A DNA stretch of 64,000 nucleotides, taken from a virus. Below are positions 9,278 through 19,481 of the stretch, in pieces. Numbering within the stretch: position 1 is the stretch's first letter; the number at the start of each line of letters is the position of its first letter. The position numbers and the translations under genes were made by a program. The stretch lies in IMG/VR virus record IMGVR_UViG_3300020166_000747, one strand, 5' to 3'. The notes beneath the pieces were generated by a model, which did no database searches, was not told the origin of the DNA, and was given only the letters and a program-made list of their open reading frames with translations.

Positions 9278-12076
9278 ATGAGTTATGTAGACGCATATTA
9301 CAATAAAGATAAAGATATTGTGCAAGTCGTTGAACGTGTCAACGGCAAGCGCATTTATCAAGATTATCCTGCGTGGCGTACATTCTATGTACGTGACGAT
9401 AGGGGTTCTCATACAAGTATTCACGGCGAGAAAGTACGTCAAGTAAAAGTGAAACGCTTGAAGGATATGCATAAAGAGCTACGTATAAACTCAGATAAGA
9501 AGATTTACGAGAGTGATATTAAACCAGAAGTTCGCTGTCTAGCGGAGAACTATCTTGGTAAGGACTCTCCTGAACTGAATGTAGCGTTTTTCGATATCGA
9601 GGTGGACTTTGATGCTGACCGAGGCTTTGCCCCGCCAGAAGATCCGTTCATGCCAATTACAGCGATTACAGTTCATCTACAATGGCTAGATCAACTTGTA
9701 ACGTTTGTTATCCCGCCTGAGGATATGCGCGATGGTGAGGGACTAGAAGAAGCACAACGCTTGTGTGATAAATTCGAGAATACGTTCTTGTATCTATCAG
9801 AAGCAGATATGCTTAACGACTTTCTAGCTCTTATCGAAGATGCAGATGTCCTCAGTGGTTGGAACAGTGAAGGTTTCGATATTCCATATACTGTCAATCG
9901 GATTATTCGTATTCTAAGTAAGTCACACTTGCGTAAACTATGTTTGTGGGACTTGATGCCGAAGTCAAAGATGATTGTCAAGTATGGACGCGAACAGCAA
10001 AGCTATGTATTGTCTGGTCGTATTCACCTCGATTATCTTGAACTGTATCGCAAGTATACATATCACGAAATGCATTCATATTCACTAGATGCTATTGGCG
10101 AGTATGAAGTAGGTGAGAAAAAGATTGCATATGAAGGTACACTAGACCAACTATACAATCAAGACTTCTATAAGTTTATTGAATACAATAGACAAGACGT
10201 TGCACTACTTGACCAACTAGACAAAAAGTTACGTTTCATTGATTTGGCTAATGAAATTGCCCACGATAATACTGTTAATATTCAGACCACAATGGGTGCG
10301 GTTGCTGTTACTGAACAAGCTATCATCAACGAAGCACACAGACGTGGTATGGTTGTGCCAGATAGAAAGCGCCGTAGTTGGGATACAGAAGACGAAGATT
10401 ACGAGCCTACTCTAGAGGAAGAAGCAGAAGCAGAAGCGCAGAAAGCGGCTGGTGCGTTTGTTGCAGATCCTCAAAAGGGTATTCAGCGTTGGGTAGCAGG
10501 TATCGATATTAACTCACTGTATCCTTCTATCATTCGCGCATTGAATATGTCGCCAGAGACTATTACTGCACAGCTCCGCCAAGATTATACAACAGAAATG
10601 ATTTCATCACGTATTCAAAAAGGTCGTGGCGGCAAGAACAAAGGCTTTGGTGCAGCTCAAGCATGGGAGGATACATTCTGTACAGAAGAATTCCGTTTCA
10701 TGAATGAGAAAGACAAAACGCATATGATGCATCTTGACATGGAGAACGAAGAAGTTCACCAAGTATCGGGAGCAGAAGCATATGACTTGCTTTATAACTC
10801 TGGTCTGCCATGGGCAATGAGTGCCAACGGCACAGTGTTCAAGCAAGACGTACAAGGGATCATCCCTAGCTTGTTAGAACGTTGGTATGCAGAGCGACAA
10901 GTAATTCAAAAGAAAATGCGTGAAGTTCGTGAGAACGGTGGCACCAGTGATGAAATCGCATACTATGATAAGCGTCAGCTTGTTAAAAAGATTAACTTGA
11001 ACAGTTTGTATGGTGCGATTCTTAATCAGGGTTGTCGCTTTTACGATAAACGTATTGGTCAATCGACTACTCTTAGCGGGCGGTGTATCACACGTCACAT
11101 GGGCGCCAAGACTAACGAAGTTATCGATGGTACATATGACTACAAAGGCAAGTCTGTAATCTATGGTGATACTGACTCTATCTACTATTCAATGTATCCT
11201 TCATACCAGAAAGAGATTGACAGTGGCGAGATTCAGTGGGACAAAGAGATTGCTCTTACGATGTATGATGAAATTGCAAATCAAGTGAATGCGAGTTTCC
11301 CAGACTTTATGAAAGAGTTCTTTAATTGTCCACGTAAGCAAGGTGAAATCATTGCCGCAGGTCGTGAAAACTTAGCAACGATGGCTATCTTTATTAAGAA
11401 GAAACGTTATGCAATGCTGATTTATGACGATGATGGCGTAAGAAAAGACGTAGACGGTAATCCGGGCAAAGTTAAAGCAATGGGCCTCGACTTGAAGCGC
11501 AGTGATACTCCAGACTACATGCAAAAATTTCTTAGTGAATGTCTGCTAACTGTTCTTACTAATGGTACACAAGATGACCTTGTTGAGATGGTTAAAGAGT
11601 TCAAGCAAGAATTTCGTGAGAAGCCTGGTTGGGAGAAAGGTACTCCCAAGCGTGTTAACAACTTGACTAAGTTCAAGAACGATGTTGCGAAATATAAAAA
11701 AGCACAGAATGCTGATTTCAAATTAACAAGTTCAGAAGATAAGCTACAGAAGCCAAGACTTCCTGGGCATGTTAGTGCAGCTCTTAATTGGAATACATTG
11801 CGTGAAATGAATAGTGACAAATACTCTGTTGAGATTACAGATGGTATGAAAACTATTGTATGTAAACTCAAAGATAATCCAATGAAGATTACAAGTGTTG
11901 CATATCCGATTGATGAAAGTCGAATTCCACAATGGTTTCAAGAATTGCCGTTCGATCATGACTTGATGGAAACAGCAATCATTGATAAGAAGATTGATAA
12001 CCTTATCGGCGTTCTTAAATGGGACTTGAGTGCGGCAAGCACTAGTGAAACTTTTGATAACTTGTTTGATTTCTAA
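9278..12076 (+). CDS. family B DNA polymerase (gp43-like)
   Basis: Exo motifs FFDIE, GWNSEGFDIPY, YNRQD; polymerase motifs DINSLYPS, KINLNSLYG, YGDTDS. Confidence 0.97.
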   Translation: MSYVDAYYNKDKDIVQVVERVNGKRIYQDYPAWRTFYVRDDRGSHTSIHGEKVRQVKVKRLKDMHKELRINSDKKIYESDIKPEVRCLAENYLGKDSPELNVAFFDIEVDFDADRGFAPPEDPFMPITAITVHLQWLDQLVTFVIPPEDMRDGEGLEEAQRLCDKFENTFLYLSEADMLNDFLALIEDADVLSGWNSEGFDIPYTVNRIIRILSKSHLRKLCLWDLMPKSKMIVKYGREQQSYVLSGRIHLDYLELYRKYTYHEMHSYSLDAIGEYEVGEKKIAYEGTLDQLYNQDFYKFIEYNRQDVALLDQLDKKLRFIDLANEIAHDNTVNIQTTMGAVAVTEQAIINEAHRRGMVVPDRKRRSWDTEDEDYEPTLEEEAEAEAQKAAGAFVADPQKGIQRWVAGIDINSLYPSIIRALNMSPETITAQLRQDYTTEMISSRIQKGRGGKNKGFGAAQAWEDTFCTEEFRFMNEKDKTHMMHLDMENEEVHQVSGAEAYDLLYNSGLPWAMSANGTVFKQDVQGIIPSLLERWYAERQVIQKKMREVRENGGTSDEIAYYDKRQLVKKINLNSLYGAILNQGCRFYDKRIGQSTTLSGRCITRHMGAKTNEVIDGTYDYKGKSVIYGDTDSIYYSMYPSYQKEIDSGEIQWDKEIALTMYDEIANQVNASFPDFMKEFFNCPRKQGEIIAAGRENLATMAIFIKKKRYAMLIYDDDGVRKDVDGNPGKVKAMGLDLKRSDTPDYMQKFLSECLLTVLTNGTQDDLVEMVKEFKQEFREKPGWEKGTPKRVNNLTKFKNDVAKYKKAQNADFKLTSSEDKLQKPRLPGHVSAALNWNTLREMNSDKYSVEITDGMKTIVCKLKDNPMKITSVAYPIDESRIPQWFQELPFDHDLMETAIIDKKIDNLIGVLKWDLSAASTSETFDNLFDF

Positions 12077-12660
12077 TGGCTAAAAGAACACACTTAGAAT
12101 TAGTACAGAACTTAGGCAGAAATGCTGCGTCGGATGAGTGTTATACTCCGCCTGATTCAGTTGAGCCACTATTGAAGTACTTAGATAAAGATGCGACATA
12201 CTATGAAGCGACAAGCGGAAAGTCGGGTCTGATTGTAGAAGGGTTTACCAAGTTTGGTTATAATATCAAACCTAGTAACGGCAAAGATTTTTTTGAATGT
12301 GCGCCAAGTGATGTATATGATGGTATCATTACTAACCCTCCCTACTCACTAAAAGATAAGTTTATCCGACATTGCTATGATTTGGGTAAACCGTTTGCAC
12401 TATTCTTACCAGTTGCAAGTTTTCAAGGCGCAGCACGTGGCAAGATGTTTATGGAACACGGTATGTCTGCATTAGTATACAACAATCGTGTTGACTTTAC
12501 TGGCGGTGGATCCCCACCATTCGGAAACGCTTGGTTTATTCATGGTTTCTTACCGCCCAACACTATCTATTGGGTTGATAATCCATCTACAGCCAACCCA
12601 AGAAAAGAAAAAACAGACGATACAAGTGAGAAAACGTTTGACAGTCTGTTTGATTTGTGA
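12076..12660 (+). CDS. DNA N6-adenine (amino) methyltransferase
   Basis: DECYTP, EATSGKSG, DFF, IITNPPYS. Confidence 0.85.
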   Translation: MAKRTHLELVQNLGRNAASDECYTPPDSVEPLLKYLDKDATYYEATSGKSGLIVEGFTKFGYNIKPSNGKDFFECAPSDVYDGIITNPPYSLKDKFIRHCYDLGKPFALFLPVASFQGAARGKMFMEHGMSALVYNNRVDFTGGGSPPFGNAWFIHGFLPPNTIYWVDNPSTANPRKEKTDDTSEKTFDSLFDL

Positions 12661-12700
12661 TAGCATACTTCTACTTAAATCAAATCAGTGAAGGGAAAAA

Positions 12701-13261
12701 ATGAGACTAACTGATATTAAACTAGAGAACTACATAGGCACCGTACTAGAAGTTGAAGGTATCGGTGATGGCAAATATGGCAACGTAATTGAAAAATGGG
12801 CAGTGCATGATGTGCTAGGATTAGATAGTTATAATACTGGCGAAGGACCTGATATTCTCAATGGAGAACACAGTATTGAAATCAAATCACAAAGTACACA
12901 TACTGATGCAAATGTTACAATAACTGGATTGACACCGTCCGATCTTAAAAGTTATGATAACTGGAGTAAATTAAAGAAGCAAAAAGCTAATAGTGATTTT
13001 ATCTTTGTGACATACGATGCATACGATGGTGTAATTGAAATCGTAGATATGATGGTCATTCTTAGAAGTGAATTTGCTGATATATTCGAAAGAAAAATTC
13101 GATCTGCATTAGCTAGACCAGGCAAAACTATTGATGGTGTAATTGTCGAAACTGGAAAGTACCCGAGATTACGTATTACTCAAGATAGAGTAAAAAAAGA
13201 TATCATACGTAAATCTAGTAAAGCAAAACATTCTACTATTGACTCACTGTTCGAAGTGTGA
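12701..13261 (+). CDS. PD-(D/E)XK nuclease, restriction endonuclease-like
   Basis: GPDIL...IEIKSQ motif; adjacent to the MTase. Confidence 0.55.
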   Translation: MRLTDIKLENYIGTVLEVEGIGDGKYGNVIEKWAVHDVLGLDSYNTGEGPDILNGEHSIEIKSQSTHTDANVTITGLTPSDLKSYDNWSKLKKQKANSDFIFVTYDAYDGVIEIVDMMVILRSEFADIFERKIRSALARPGKTIDGVIVETGKYPRLRITQDRVKKDIIRKSSKAKHSTIDSLFEV

Positions 13262-13267
13262 TATAAT
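13239..13267 (+). promoter_or_regulatory. sigma70-type promoter inside the 3' end of the upstream gene
   Basis: TTGACT-N17-TATAAT. Confidence 0.7.
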
Positions 13268-13295
13268 AGTAATTAATAAAATATAGGAGAACGCA

Positions 13296-14051
13296 ATGCG
13301 TGACATTTTAAAAGATATTGTGAAACACACACATTCGCTTGGTATCATCCAAGCAGCAAAAGTGACAACTGATAACGAAACAACAACACTAGATGCAATG
13401 GACGATGACCGTACTGTTGTGCTACGTGCAAAGCTACATGACCGTGTTCCAGAATTTGAAGGTAAGTTCGGTCTAGGTCGTCTTGGTGTACTAAATGGTT
13501 ATCTCGGTTACGAAAGCCGTAACACAGAAAATGAAGTCGTAGGTACACACGTAGAGATTAATCGGGTAGAGCGTAATGGCGAAGAAGTTCCAGCAGAGTT
13601 CAACTTTACTATTCCAGGTATTCTGAATTCTACATATCGTGTAATCACCGCAGAACTTGTTGATGCACAGATTAAAACAGCAAACTTCAAAGGTGCGAAG
13701 TGGGATGTCGAGGTAATGCCAACACAGCAAGCAATCAAAGATTTGCAAACTGTTGCAGGCATTCTGAGTTCATACGATCCGCTATTTACAGTGCGCACAG
13801 TAGATGGCAATCTACAATTCACAATTGGTGATGCATCAACTGATAAAGCAGAAATGACGTTTGCACGTAACGTAAACGGCGAATTGAAATCAGGTTGGTC
13901 TTTCCCACTTGCAACAGTTCTAACTATCTTGAAGCTAGGTGATACATCGTCTATGAGCATTAAGATTTCAGATCAAGGTGCAATGGCTATTCACGTAGAC
14001 TCAGGAATGGGCCTATATGAGTACATTTTGCCTGCTAAATCTGGTAATTAA
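13296..14051 (+). CDS. DNA sliding clamp (gp45-like)
   Basis: 251 aa, replication cluster, EFEGKFG and C-terminal YEYILPA pattern typical of phage clamps. Confidence 0.65.
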   Translation: MRDILKDIVKHTHSLGIIQAAKVTTDNETTTLDAMDDDRTVVLRAKLHDRVPEFEGKFGLGRLGVLNGYLGYESRNTENEVVGTHVEINRVERNGEEVPAEFNFTIPGILNSTYRVITAELVDAQIKTANFKGAKWDVEVMPTQQAIKDLQTVAGILSSYDPLFTVRTVDGNLQFTIGDASTDKAEMTFARNVNGELKSGWSFPLATVLTILKLGDTSSMSIKISDQGAMAIHVDSGMGLYEYILPAKSGN

Positions 14052-14095
14052 CCTAAATAATACCATAAGCAATTAATATAAGGATACAATAATAA

Positions 14096-15658
14096 ATGGT
14101 AAAAGACTTAGGTAAAAACAATATCAATAGCGGATATGCAGTATTTCTGCCCGCTATCTCTAACTTCTATGTTCGCAAAGTATCACAGCACTATGCAGGT
14201 ACAACAGACATGTTCCCTCCTGAGCGTATCCCTGAGGGGTTCGAGCATGGTCTGGATGGGCTAAACATCTTAGACAAAGATAAAGGCTATGTGTATTATT
14301 CACATGGTCTTTATTCTGCTGGTCACGCTGAACTAGATTTAGAAAAAACTAAAATCGAAGATGGAATGATTGTTAACCGTAATCGTGAAGACACAGTTCT
14401 AGTAGGGGATTCAGGCGGGTATCAGATTGGTACTGGTGCTTGGAAACTAGACTGGTCTTCATTCTATGATAAAGAAGGCGATTGGGCTAAAACACGTCAT
14501 GGTATCATGGCGTGGTTAGAAGAATATTGTGACTACTCTATGACACTTGATATTCCGGGTTGGGCATGTTTGCCGCAATATCGTGATAAGAACGGTATTA
14601 AAAACTGGGATGAATGCGTAGATAAAACAATCTTCAATCACGAATACTTTATCAACAACCGTACACCAGGCAAGACTAAGTTTCTAAACACTTTACACGG
14701 TTCTAATTGGGACACTAGTGAAAAGTGGTATGAGAAAGTCAAGCACTTCAATGACAAGTCAGTATATGGCGACAGGGCATTTGAAGGTTATGCGATGGCA
14801 GGGGATCATGCAGGTGATGCGGAACTACTACTACGTAGACTTATTCGTTTACGAGATGATGGTTTGCTGGGACAAGCAGACCAATCAGATGTTTGGATTC
14901 ATACTCTTGGTATTAGCGTTCTCCCATGGGGTGCTATGTTAACAGCAATCCAACGACAACTACGAAAGCATGTCAATCCAAACATTACAATCTCTTTTGA
15001 TGCGGCATCTCCCTACATTACAGCATCAAAAGGGTTAGCTTATGACTATCCTGACTTGAATGGTAACGCTTGGTCTTACAAGACTAAGAAGTTGAATTGG
15101 CGTCAAGATATCAGCAATGATAAACAACCCTGGTTGTATGAAGGGGAAATCGGCTCACGTTTGAATATGCGAGATATCAATTACATGCAACCCGGTATGC
15201 TAAATCGCAACAAAAAAGAAGCTAAATCAAGTTGGGATAGTCTAAGCTATATTTTAATTCAAGCACATAATGCTGAATATCATATTCGTGGTATGCAAGA
15301 CGCAATACGCAGGTTCGACCATGAATACGAAATGTTGCATGATAAACTAGATATCAACAACATGAGTTTGGGTAAAACTAACGTACTATCCGATGTAGTC
15401 CCAGATAGAGTTCTATACTTCGCTAAGTTCGTAGAAGAATTGTTTGATCCCAAGACAACTGATCCTATGCAAATGCTAGGTGACTTTAAAGCGTTTCTAC
15501 GTAAATGTGAAGGTTCACGTGTTCAGAACATTTCTACTACTCCAGACTTTATGGAGTTTGAAGAAGCAAATGTGAAGACCGAAGAATTTGTAGAAGCAGT
15601 TAAGGGCAAGAAGAAAGAATACGAAGAACCTGAAGGAATAGCAGACTTATTCGGATAA
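14096..15658 (+). CDS. TGT-fold guanine transglycosylase (DpdA-like)
   Basis: GDSGGYQ and MTLDIP TGT motifs, HTLG, SFDAAS; clustered with queD-like, folE and queE. Confidence 0.75.
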   Translation: MVKDLGKNNINSGYAVFLPAISNFYVRKVSQHYAGTTDMFPPERIPEGFEHGLDGLNILDKDKGYVYYSHGLYSAGHAELDLEKTKIEDGMIVNRNREDTVLVGDSGGYQIGTGAWKLDWSSFYDKEGDWAKTRHGIMAWLEEYCDYSMTLDIPGWACLPQYRDKNGIKNWDECVDKTIFNHEYFINNRTPGKTKFLNTLHGSNWDTSEKWYEKVKHFNDKSVYGDRAFEGYAMAGDHAGDAELLLRRLIRLRDDGLLGQADQSDVWIHTLGISVLPWGAMLTAIQRQLRKHVNPNITISFDAASPYITASKGLAYDYPDLNGNAWSYKTKKLNWRQDISNDKQPWLYEGEIGSRLNMRDINYMQPGMLNRNKKEAKSSWDSLSYILIQAHNAEYHIRGMQDAIRRFDHEYEMLHDKLDINNMSLGKTNVLSDVVPDRVLYFAKFVEELFDPKTTDPMQMLGDFKAFLRKCEGSRVQNISTTPDFMEFEEANVKTEEFVEAVKGKKKEYEEPEGIADLFG

Positions 15659-15668
15659 GGAGGTATAT

Positions 15669-15848
15669 ATGACACCCGAAAAGAAACAAGCACGACTAGA
15701 AAGCCTAAAAAAGAAGCACAGAGAACTTGACAACACCATCAAAAAAGAGTATAACTTACACTTAGATGTGAATCATTTAAAATCTGAGAAACTACGAATG
15801 AAATCTGAGATTTATGCTTTAGAGCGGGAACTAGGAGACAATGGGTAG
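15669..15848 (+). CDS. DUF465/YdcH-like small coiled-coil protein (59 aa)
   Basis: RLESLKKKHRELDNTI...LKSEKLRMKSEI; GGAGG SD; read by hand. Confidence 0.7.
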   Translation: MTPEKKQARLESLKKKHRELDNTIKKEYNLHLDVNHLKSEKLRMKSEIYALERELGDNG

Positions 15849-16284
15849 TTATTATAACTATATGCTAACAGAAAGTAGAAAAGCAAACATGGAACAAGTA
15901 AAAGCAAACGCACAACGATGGATTTGGGTAACTTTCAAAAAAGAAGGTATCCACAAGTATCCAGCAGCACTAGAAGATCCTGCACTTGCTACTGGCGATG
16001 AATATGATGTTTCATTCTTGGGATATCCGCATCGCCATCAATTTCACTTTCGAGTAGCAATCAAAGTAACACACAACGATAGAGACATTGAATTTATTCA
16101 ATTTCAACGTTGGCTAGAGAACTTGTATAAAGATGATGTTATTCAACTTGATTACAAATCATGTGAAATGATGTCTGATGATTTGTTCGATCAAATCGTT
16201 GCGAAATATCCCGGACGAGATATCAAAATTGAAATCTCCGAAGATGGTGAAAACGGAGCGTTGATTGAATATGTCTCTCAGTAA
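15841..16284 (+). CDS. QueD-like T-fold enzyme
   Basis: EGIH, HRH metal motif, SCE near the C-terminus; cluster context. Confidence 0.7.
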   Translation: MGSYYNYMLTESRKANMEQVKANAQRWIWVTFKKEGIHKYPAALEDPALATGDEYDVSFLGYPHRHQFHFRVAIKVTHNDRDIEFIQFQRWLENLYKDDVIQLDYKSCEMMSDDLFDQIVAKYPGRDIKIEISEDGENGALIEYVSQ

Positions 16285-16795
16285 TGAAATACAGGAGATG
16301 GTTCGGGTAGTTCCGGATCATCCTCAACCTGGTATTATGTATCAGGACATGGCAAGTATCTTTAATCATCCATCTGGATTGACTAAAGTTGTACAAGCAT
16401 TTCAAGAACAGAATATCATCTATGATAGAATAGTAGGACTTGATGCACGTGGCTTTCCAATGGCTGGCGCATTAAGTGCTATTACAGGTAAACCGTTTGC
16501 AATGGCGCGCAAAAAGGGCAAATTACCCGGCGAGACTATTTTTACGGAATACGAATTAGAATACGGTACAGACGAACTACACCTTCAAAATGACTCAGTG
16601 TTAGACGGCGACCGTGTTCTAGTAATTGATGATGTAATCGCAACTGGTGGGACACTACTAGCGGCAACATCATTGATTGAACGATTGAATGGCAACGTAG
16701 TTGGTATTCTTTCGATTATGGACTTGACTTTTTTAAGCGGGTCTGATAAGTTGAGAGCTAAGGGTTATCCCGTGTTCTCAATATTAAGTGAGTAA
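16271..16795 (+). CDS. apt: adenine (purine) phosphoribosyltransferase
   Basis: PDHPQPGI, GLDARGF, RKKGKLPG, LEYGTD, VIDDVIATGGT. Confidence 0.92.
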   Translation: MSLSNEIQEMVRVVPDHPQPGIMYQDMASIFNHPSGLTKVVQAFQEQNIIYDRIVGLDARGFPMAGALSAITGKPFAMARKKGKLPGETIFTEYELEYGTDELHLQNDSVLDGDRVLVIDDVIATGGTLLAATSLIERLNGNVVGILSIMDLTFLSGSDKLRAKGYPVFSILSE

Positions 16796-16819
16796 CTGGT
16801 AAAACGAATAGGAAATCTA

Positions 16820-17890
16820 ATGTTATATCTTATAGACTTGGAGAGTGTTGAATCCCGCTACACAAAGCAATGGAAGACACATCTCCCCACATTGTTAAGA
16901 AGCAAAGGTATTGATGTTACTGTGATTGAAGGTCCAACTGATATCCCAGAAGCCACTACGCCCGGTGCATTTCTCAACTTTGGTGGTACAAATATCTATA
17001 AGAGCGCACAGTTAGAGAAGATAGCAAAGCTAATCTGCGATGGCGAAGTCAAGGATGGCGACTATTTTCTCTATACAGATGCGTGGAATCCCACTGTCAT
17101 CCAGCTTAAATATATGGCAGAATTACTTGGGATAAAACTCCGTATCGGTGGATTATGGCATGCTGGCAGCTATGACCCACAAGATTTCTTAGGTCGTTTG
17201 ATTGGCGATGCCCCATGGGTTCGTAAAGCGGAAATGAGTATGTATGATTGTTATGATGATAACTTCTTTGCTACTCAGTTTCATATTGATTTGTTCACAA
17301 ATACATTCTGGGATGATGACCGCGATATCGACAGGCAACTGCTTCACTCTATTAGACAAGTGGGATGGCCTATGGAATACATTGAAGAGGATCTCAGTGA
17401 GTACAAGAATATGGCGAAAGAGGACATAATTTTATTTCCACATCGTATAGCTCCTGAAAAACAGCCAGAAGTTTTTGACTACATTGCTGAACAGATGCCA
17501 GAGTATCAGTTCATTAAATGTCAGGACTTAAACTTAACAAAGCCAGAATATCACACCTTACTTGGTAAATCCAAGTTAGTGTTTAGTGCTAACTTGCAGG
17601 AAACTCTGGGTATCTCAGTATACGAAGGCCTGCAGGTTGGTGCTATTCCAATGGTACCAGATAGACTTTCATATAGTGAAATGTGGACTGAACACTTCAA
17701 ATATCCAAGTGAGTGGACTACATCATTAGAAGCAACAAAGAAAAATATTGAAAATATTAAAGCATATATTCATATGCAAATGTCAAAGAATAGTGACCTA
17801 ACTTGGACAATGAATGAAGAACTACGTAACGTAGAAAAGTTCTATAGTGGCAATAAACTCGTTAGTTATATCCAAAAACACTCTGGATAA
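16820..17890 (+). CDS. GT-B fold glycosyltransferase
   Basis: HRIAPEKQ and QETLGISVYEG (EX7E-type) motifs. Confidence 0.8.
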   Translation: MLYLIDLESVESRYTKQWKTHLPTLLRSKGIDVTVIEGPTDIPEATTPGAFLNFGGTNIYKSAQLEKIAKLICDGEVKDGDYFLYTDAWNPTVIQLKYMAELLGIKLRIGGLWHAGSYDPQDFLGRLIGDAPWVRKAEMSMYDCYDDNFFATQFHIDLFTNTFWDDDRDIDRQLLHSIRQVGWPMEYIEEDLSEYKNMAKEDIILFPHRIAPEKQPEVFDYIAEQMPEYQFIKCQDLNLTKPEYHTLLGKSKLVFSANLQETLGISVYEGLQVGAIPMVPDRLSYSEMWTEHFKYPSEWTTSLEATKKNIENIKAYIHMQMSKNSDLTWTMNEELRNVEKFYSGNKLVSYIQKHSG

Positions 17891-17893
17891 ATA
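17886..17893 (+). promoter_or_regulatory. late promoter GATAAATA
   Basis: Motif overlapping the GT stop codon. Confidence 0.6.
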
Positions 17894-17943
17894 CATATGA
17901 TAGGGAGTGTCCCAGCTACCTATCATATATTGGGAGACACAAT

Positions 17944-18246
17944 ATGGCTCGTTACAGAGGTATGATTACCAACAATATCAAGTTTGATGCAACATTTAAA
18001 GTTCGCCGTTCAATCGACTTACGTGAATTGTCAGACTTTGGTTCAATCGCAGATGCCGCACAGGATTTACCAACATCAGGTGCAACACATCGCAAAGCAA
18101 CTAGTGGCTCAACATCAGCAACACGTGGATATGCAAATCTATCAACAGTTGCAGATGGCGCAATCGTAGACCGCCAAGATATGGGTTCAATTGCTAACAC
18201 AGCAAGAGACACATTAGGCTATAATGATGAACCTTACCTACACTAA
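17944..18246 (+). CDS. small late protein, possibly virion decoration
   Basis: Own late promoter and terminator; repeated DxGSIA motif. Confidence 0.5.
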   Translation: MARYRGMITNNIKFDATFKVRRSIDLRELSDFGSIADAAQDLPTSGATHRKATSGSTSATRGYANLSTVADGAIVDRQDMGSIANTARDTLGYNDEPYLH

Positions 18247-18264
18247 TATTTTTTAAATAAAGTA

Positions 18265-18313
18265 TTGACAATCTAACCCACTTGTAGTATTATAATATTA
18301 TGAGTGGGTTTTT
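18265..18313 (+). terminator. 16-bp hairpin terminator enclosing a sigma70 -10 box
   Basis: Stem 18275-18290/18295-18310 with three G-U pairs plus T run; TTGACA at 18265, TATTAT at 18288. Confidence 0.75.
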
Positions 18314-18347
18314 CCATATCCATATCTAAAATAAAGGAACATAGTAT

Positions 18348-19034
18348 ATGACAAAGACTTCCGAAATTAAGGAACGCTTGATGGCAGAAAATATCAGGCA
18401 TTGGGCAGGGGACAATATTAGTCAAGTCCTAGAACCCGGAGACAAAGAAATTCTAATAGATGAAGCAACAGATGCGTTTGAAGCTGTATTAGATGCACTA
18501 CTAATCGATAGACATAACGATCCGAATAGTATGGGAACAGCAAAACGTCTAGCAAAGATGTACTTCAATGAGATTATGCAGGGTCGTTATGATCCAGCAC
18601 CTAGCGCAACAGCGTTTCCTAACGATAACGGACATACATATAAAGGTATGTTAGTAGTTCGTTCTGAACTTAAATCAATGTGTTCGCATCATCATCAACC
18701 TGTTACAGGCATTGCATACATCGGTATCATTCCAGGTGAGAAAGTTATCGGACTTTCAAAGTACACACGCATTGCACAGTGGTGTGCAAGACGTGGTACG
18801 CTACAAGAAGAACTATGCAATGATATCATGCGAGAAATTATTAAAGCAACCGATAGTGAACATGTAGGTGTTTACATTCAAGCAACACATGGCTGTTGTG
18901 AGAATCGTGGCATTATGGCACATAGTTCACTTACACAGACAACAGTACTTAATGGTGGGTTCTTAGAAGATCCAAGTGTTAAGAAAGAATTCTTTGATAA
19001 CATTAAACTACAACAGGAGTTTGCACCGCGATGA
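18348..19034 (+). CDS. folE: GTP cyclohydrolase I
   Basis: SMCSHH, GLSK, LQE, HGC...RG. Confidence 0.95.
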   Translation: MTKTSEIKERLMAENIRHWAGDNISQVLEPGDKEILIDEATDAFEAVLDALLIDRHNDPNSMGTAKRLAKMYFNEIMQGRYDPAPSATAFPNDNGHTYKGMLVVRSELKSMCSHHHQPVTGIAYIGIIPGEKVIGLSKYTRIAQWCARRGTLQEELCNDIMREIIKATDSEHVGVYIQATHGCCENRGIMAHSSLTQTTVLNGGFLEDPSVKKEFFDNIKLQQEFAPR

Positions 19035-19240
19035 AGGATCCAAAAGTAACAGAGCTTGTTAAGCAACTCAATAAAGATATCATTGCTCTAAACAAAACTT
19101 GGGCAGAATTACATAAGAATGATGTTTATGTGCGTATGGAAATTGTTGGTGATTCCACATACGCAACGTTGAAATCTTTAAATGCAAAAGAAATCACACA
19201 ACATGTTAAGTATGTTACAGAATCTAAGGAGATTAACTAA
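19031..19240 (+). CDS. hypothetical protein
   Basis: ORF coupled to folE by ATGA overlap. Confidence 0.65.
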   Translation: MKDPKVTELVKQLNKDIIALNKTWAELHKNDVYVRMEIVGDSTYATLKSLNAKEITQHVKYVTESKEIN

Positions 19241-19350
19241 TGGGTTATTATATTGCAGTGCGTCTTGCACAAGTGTTCATTGTAGCAGTGTTTGTAATGG
19301 GCATGGTTAGTTTAGGTATTGAACTTTACACAGGAAGGCTTCCGCTATGA
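19240..19350 (+). CDS. small membrane protein (36 aa)
   Basis: MGYYIAVRLAQVFIVAVFVMGMVSLGIELYTGRLPL; GGAG SD, TAATG overlap. Confidence 0.6.
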   Translation: MGYYIAVRLAQVFIVAVFVMGMVSLGIELYTGRLPL

Positions 19351-19481
19351 TTGATAAATTGATATATGTAACATCAGCTTTTATTATTATTGTTGGATTA
19401 GGCGTTTACATGGAGCATATCTGGAGTGATTGCCTAGAAGAAAACAGCTTTTTTACTTGTGTAAGGATGTTAAACAAATGA
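19347..19481 (+). CDS. small membrane protein (44 aa)
   Basis: MIDKLIYVTSAFIIIVGLGVYM...; ATGA overlaps at both ends. Confidence 0.6.
   Translation: MIDKLIYVTSAFIIIVGLGVYMEHIWSDCLEENSFFTCVRMLNK

Noticed and set aside
9278-12076. Intein or intron in the polymerase (also considered for thyA)
   Set aside because: Continuous ORFs of normal length with no splicing or homing motifs
17895-17940. preQ1-I or SAM-V riboswitch
   Set aside because: Lacks the A-rich 3' tail and consensus loop; kept only as a generic structure
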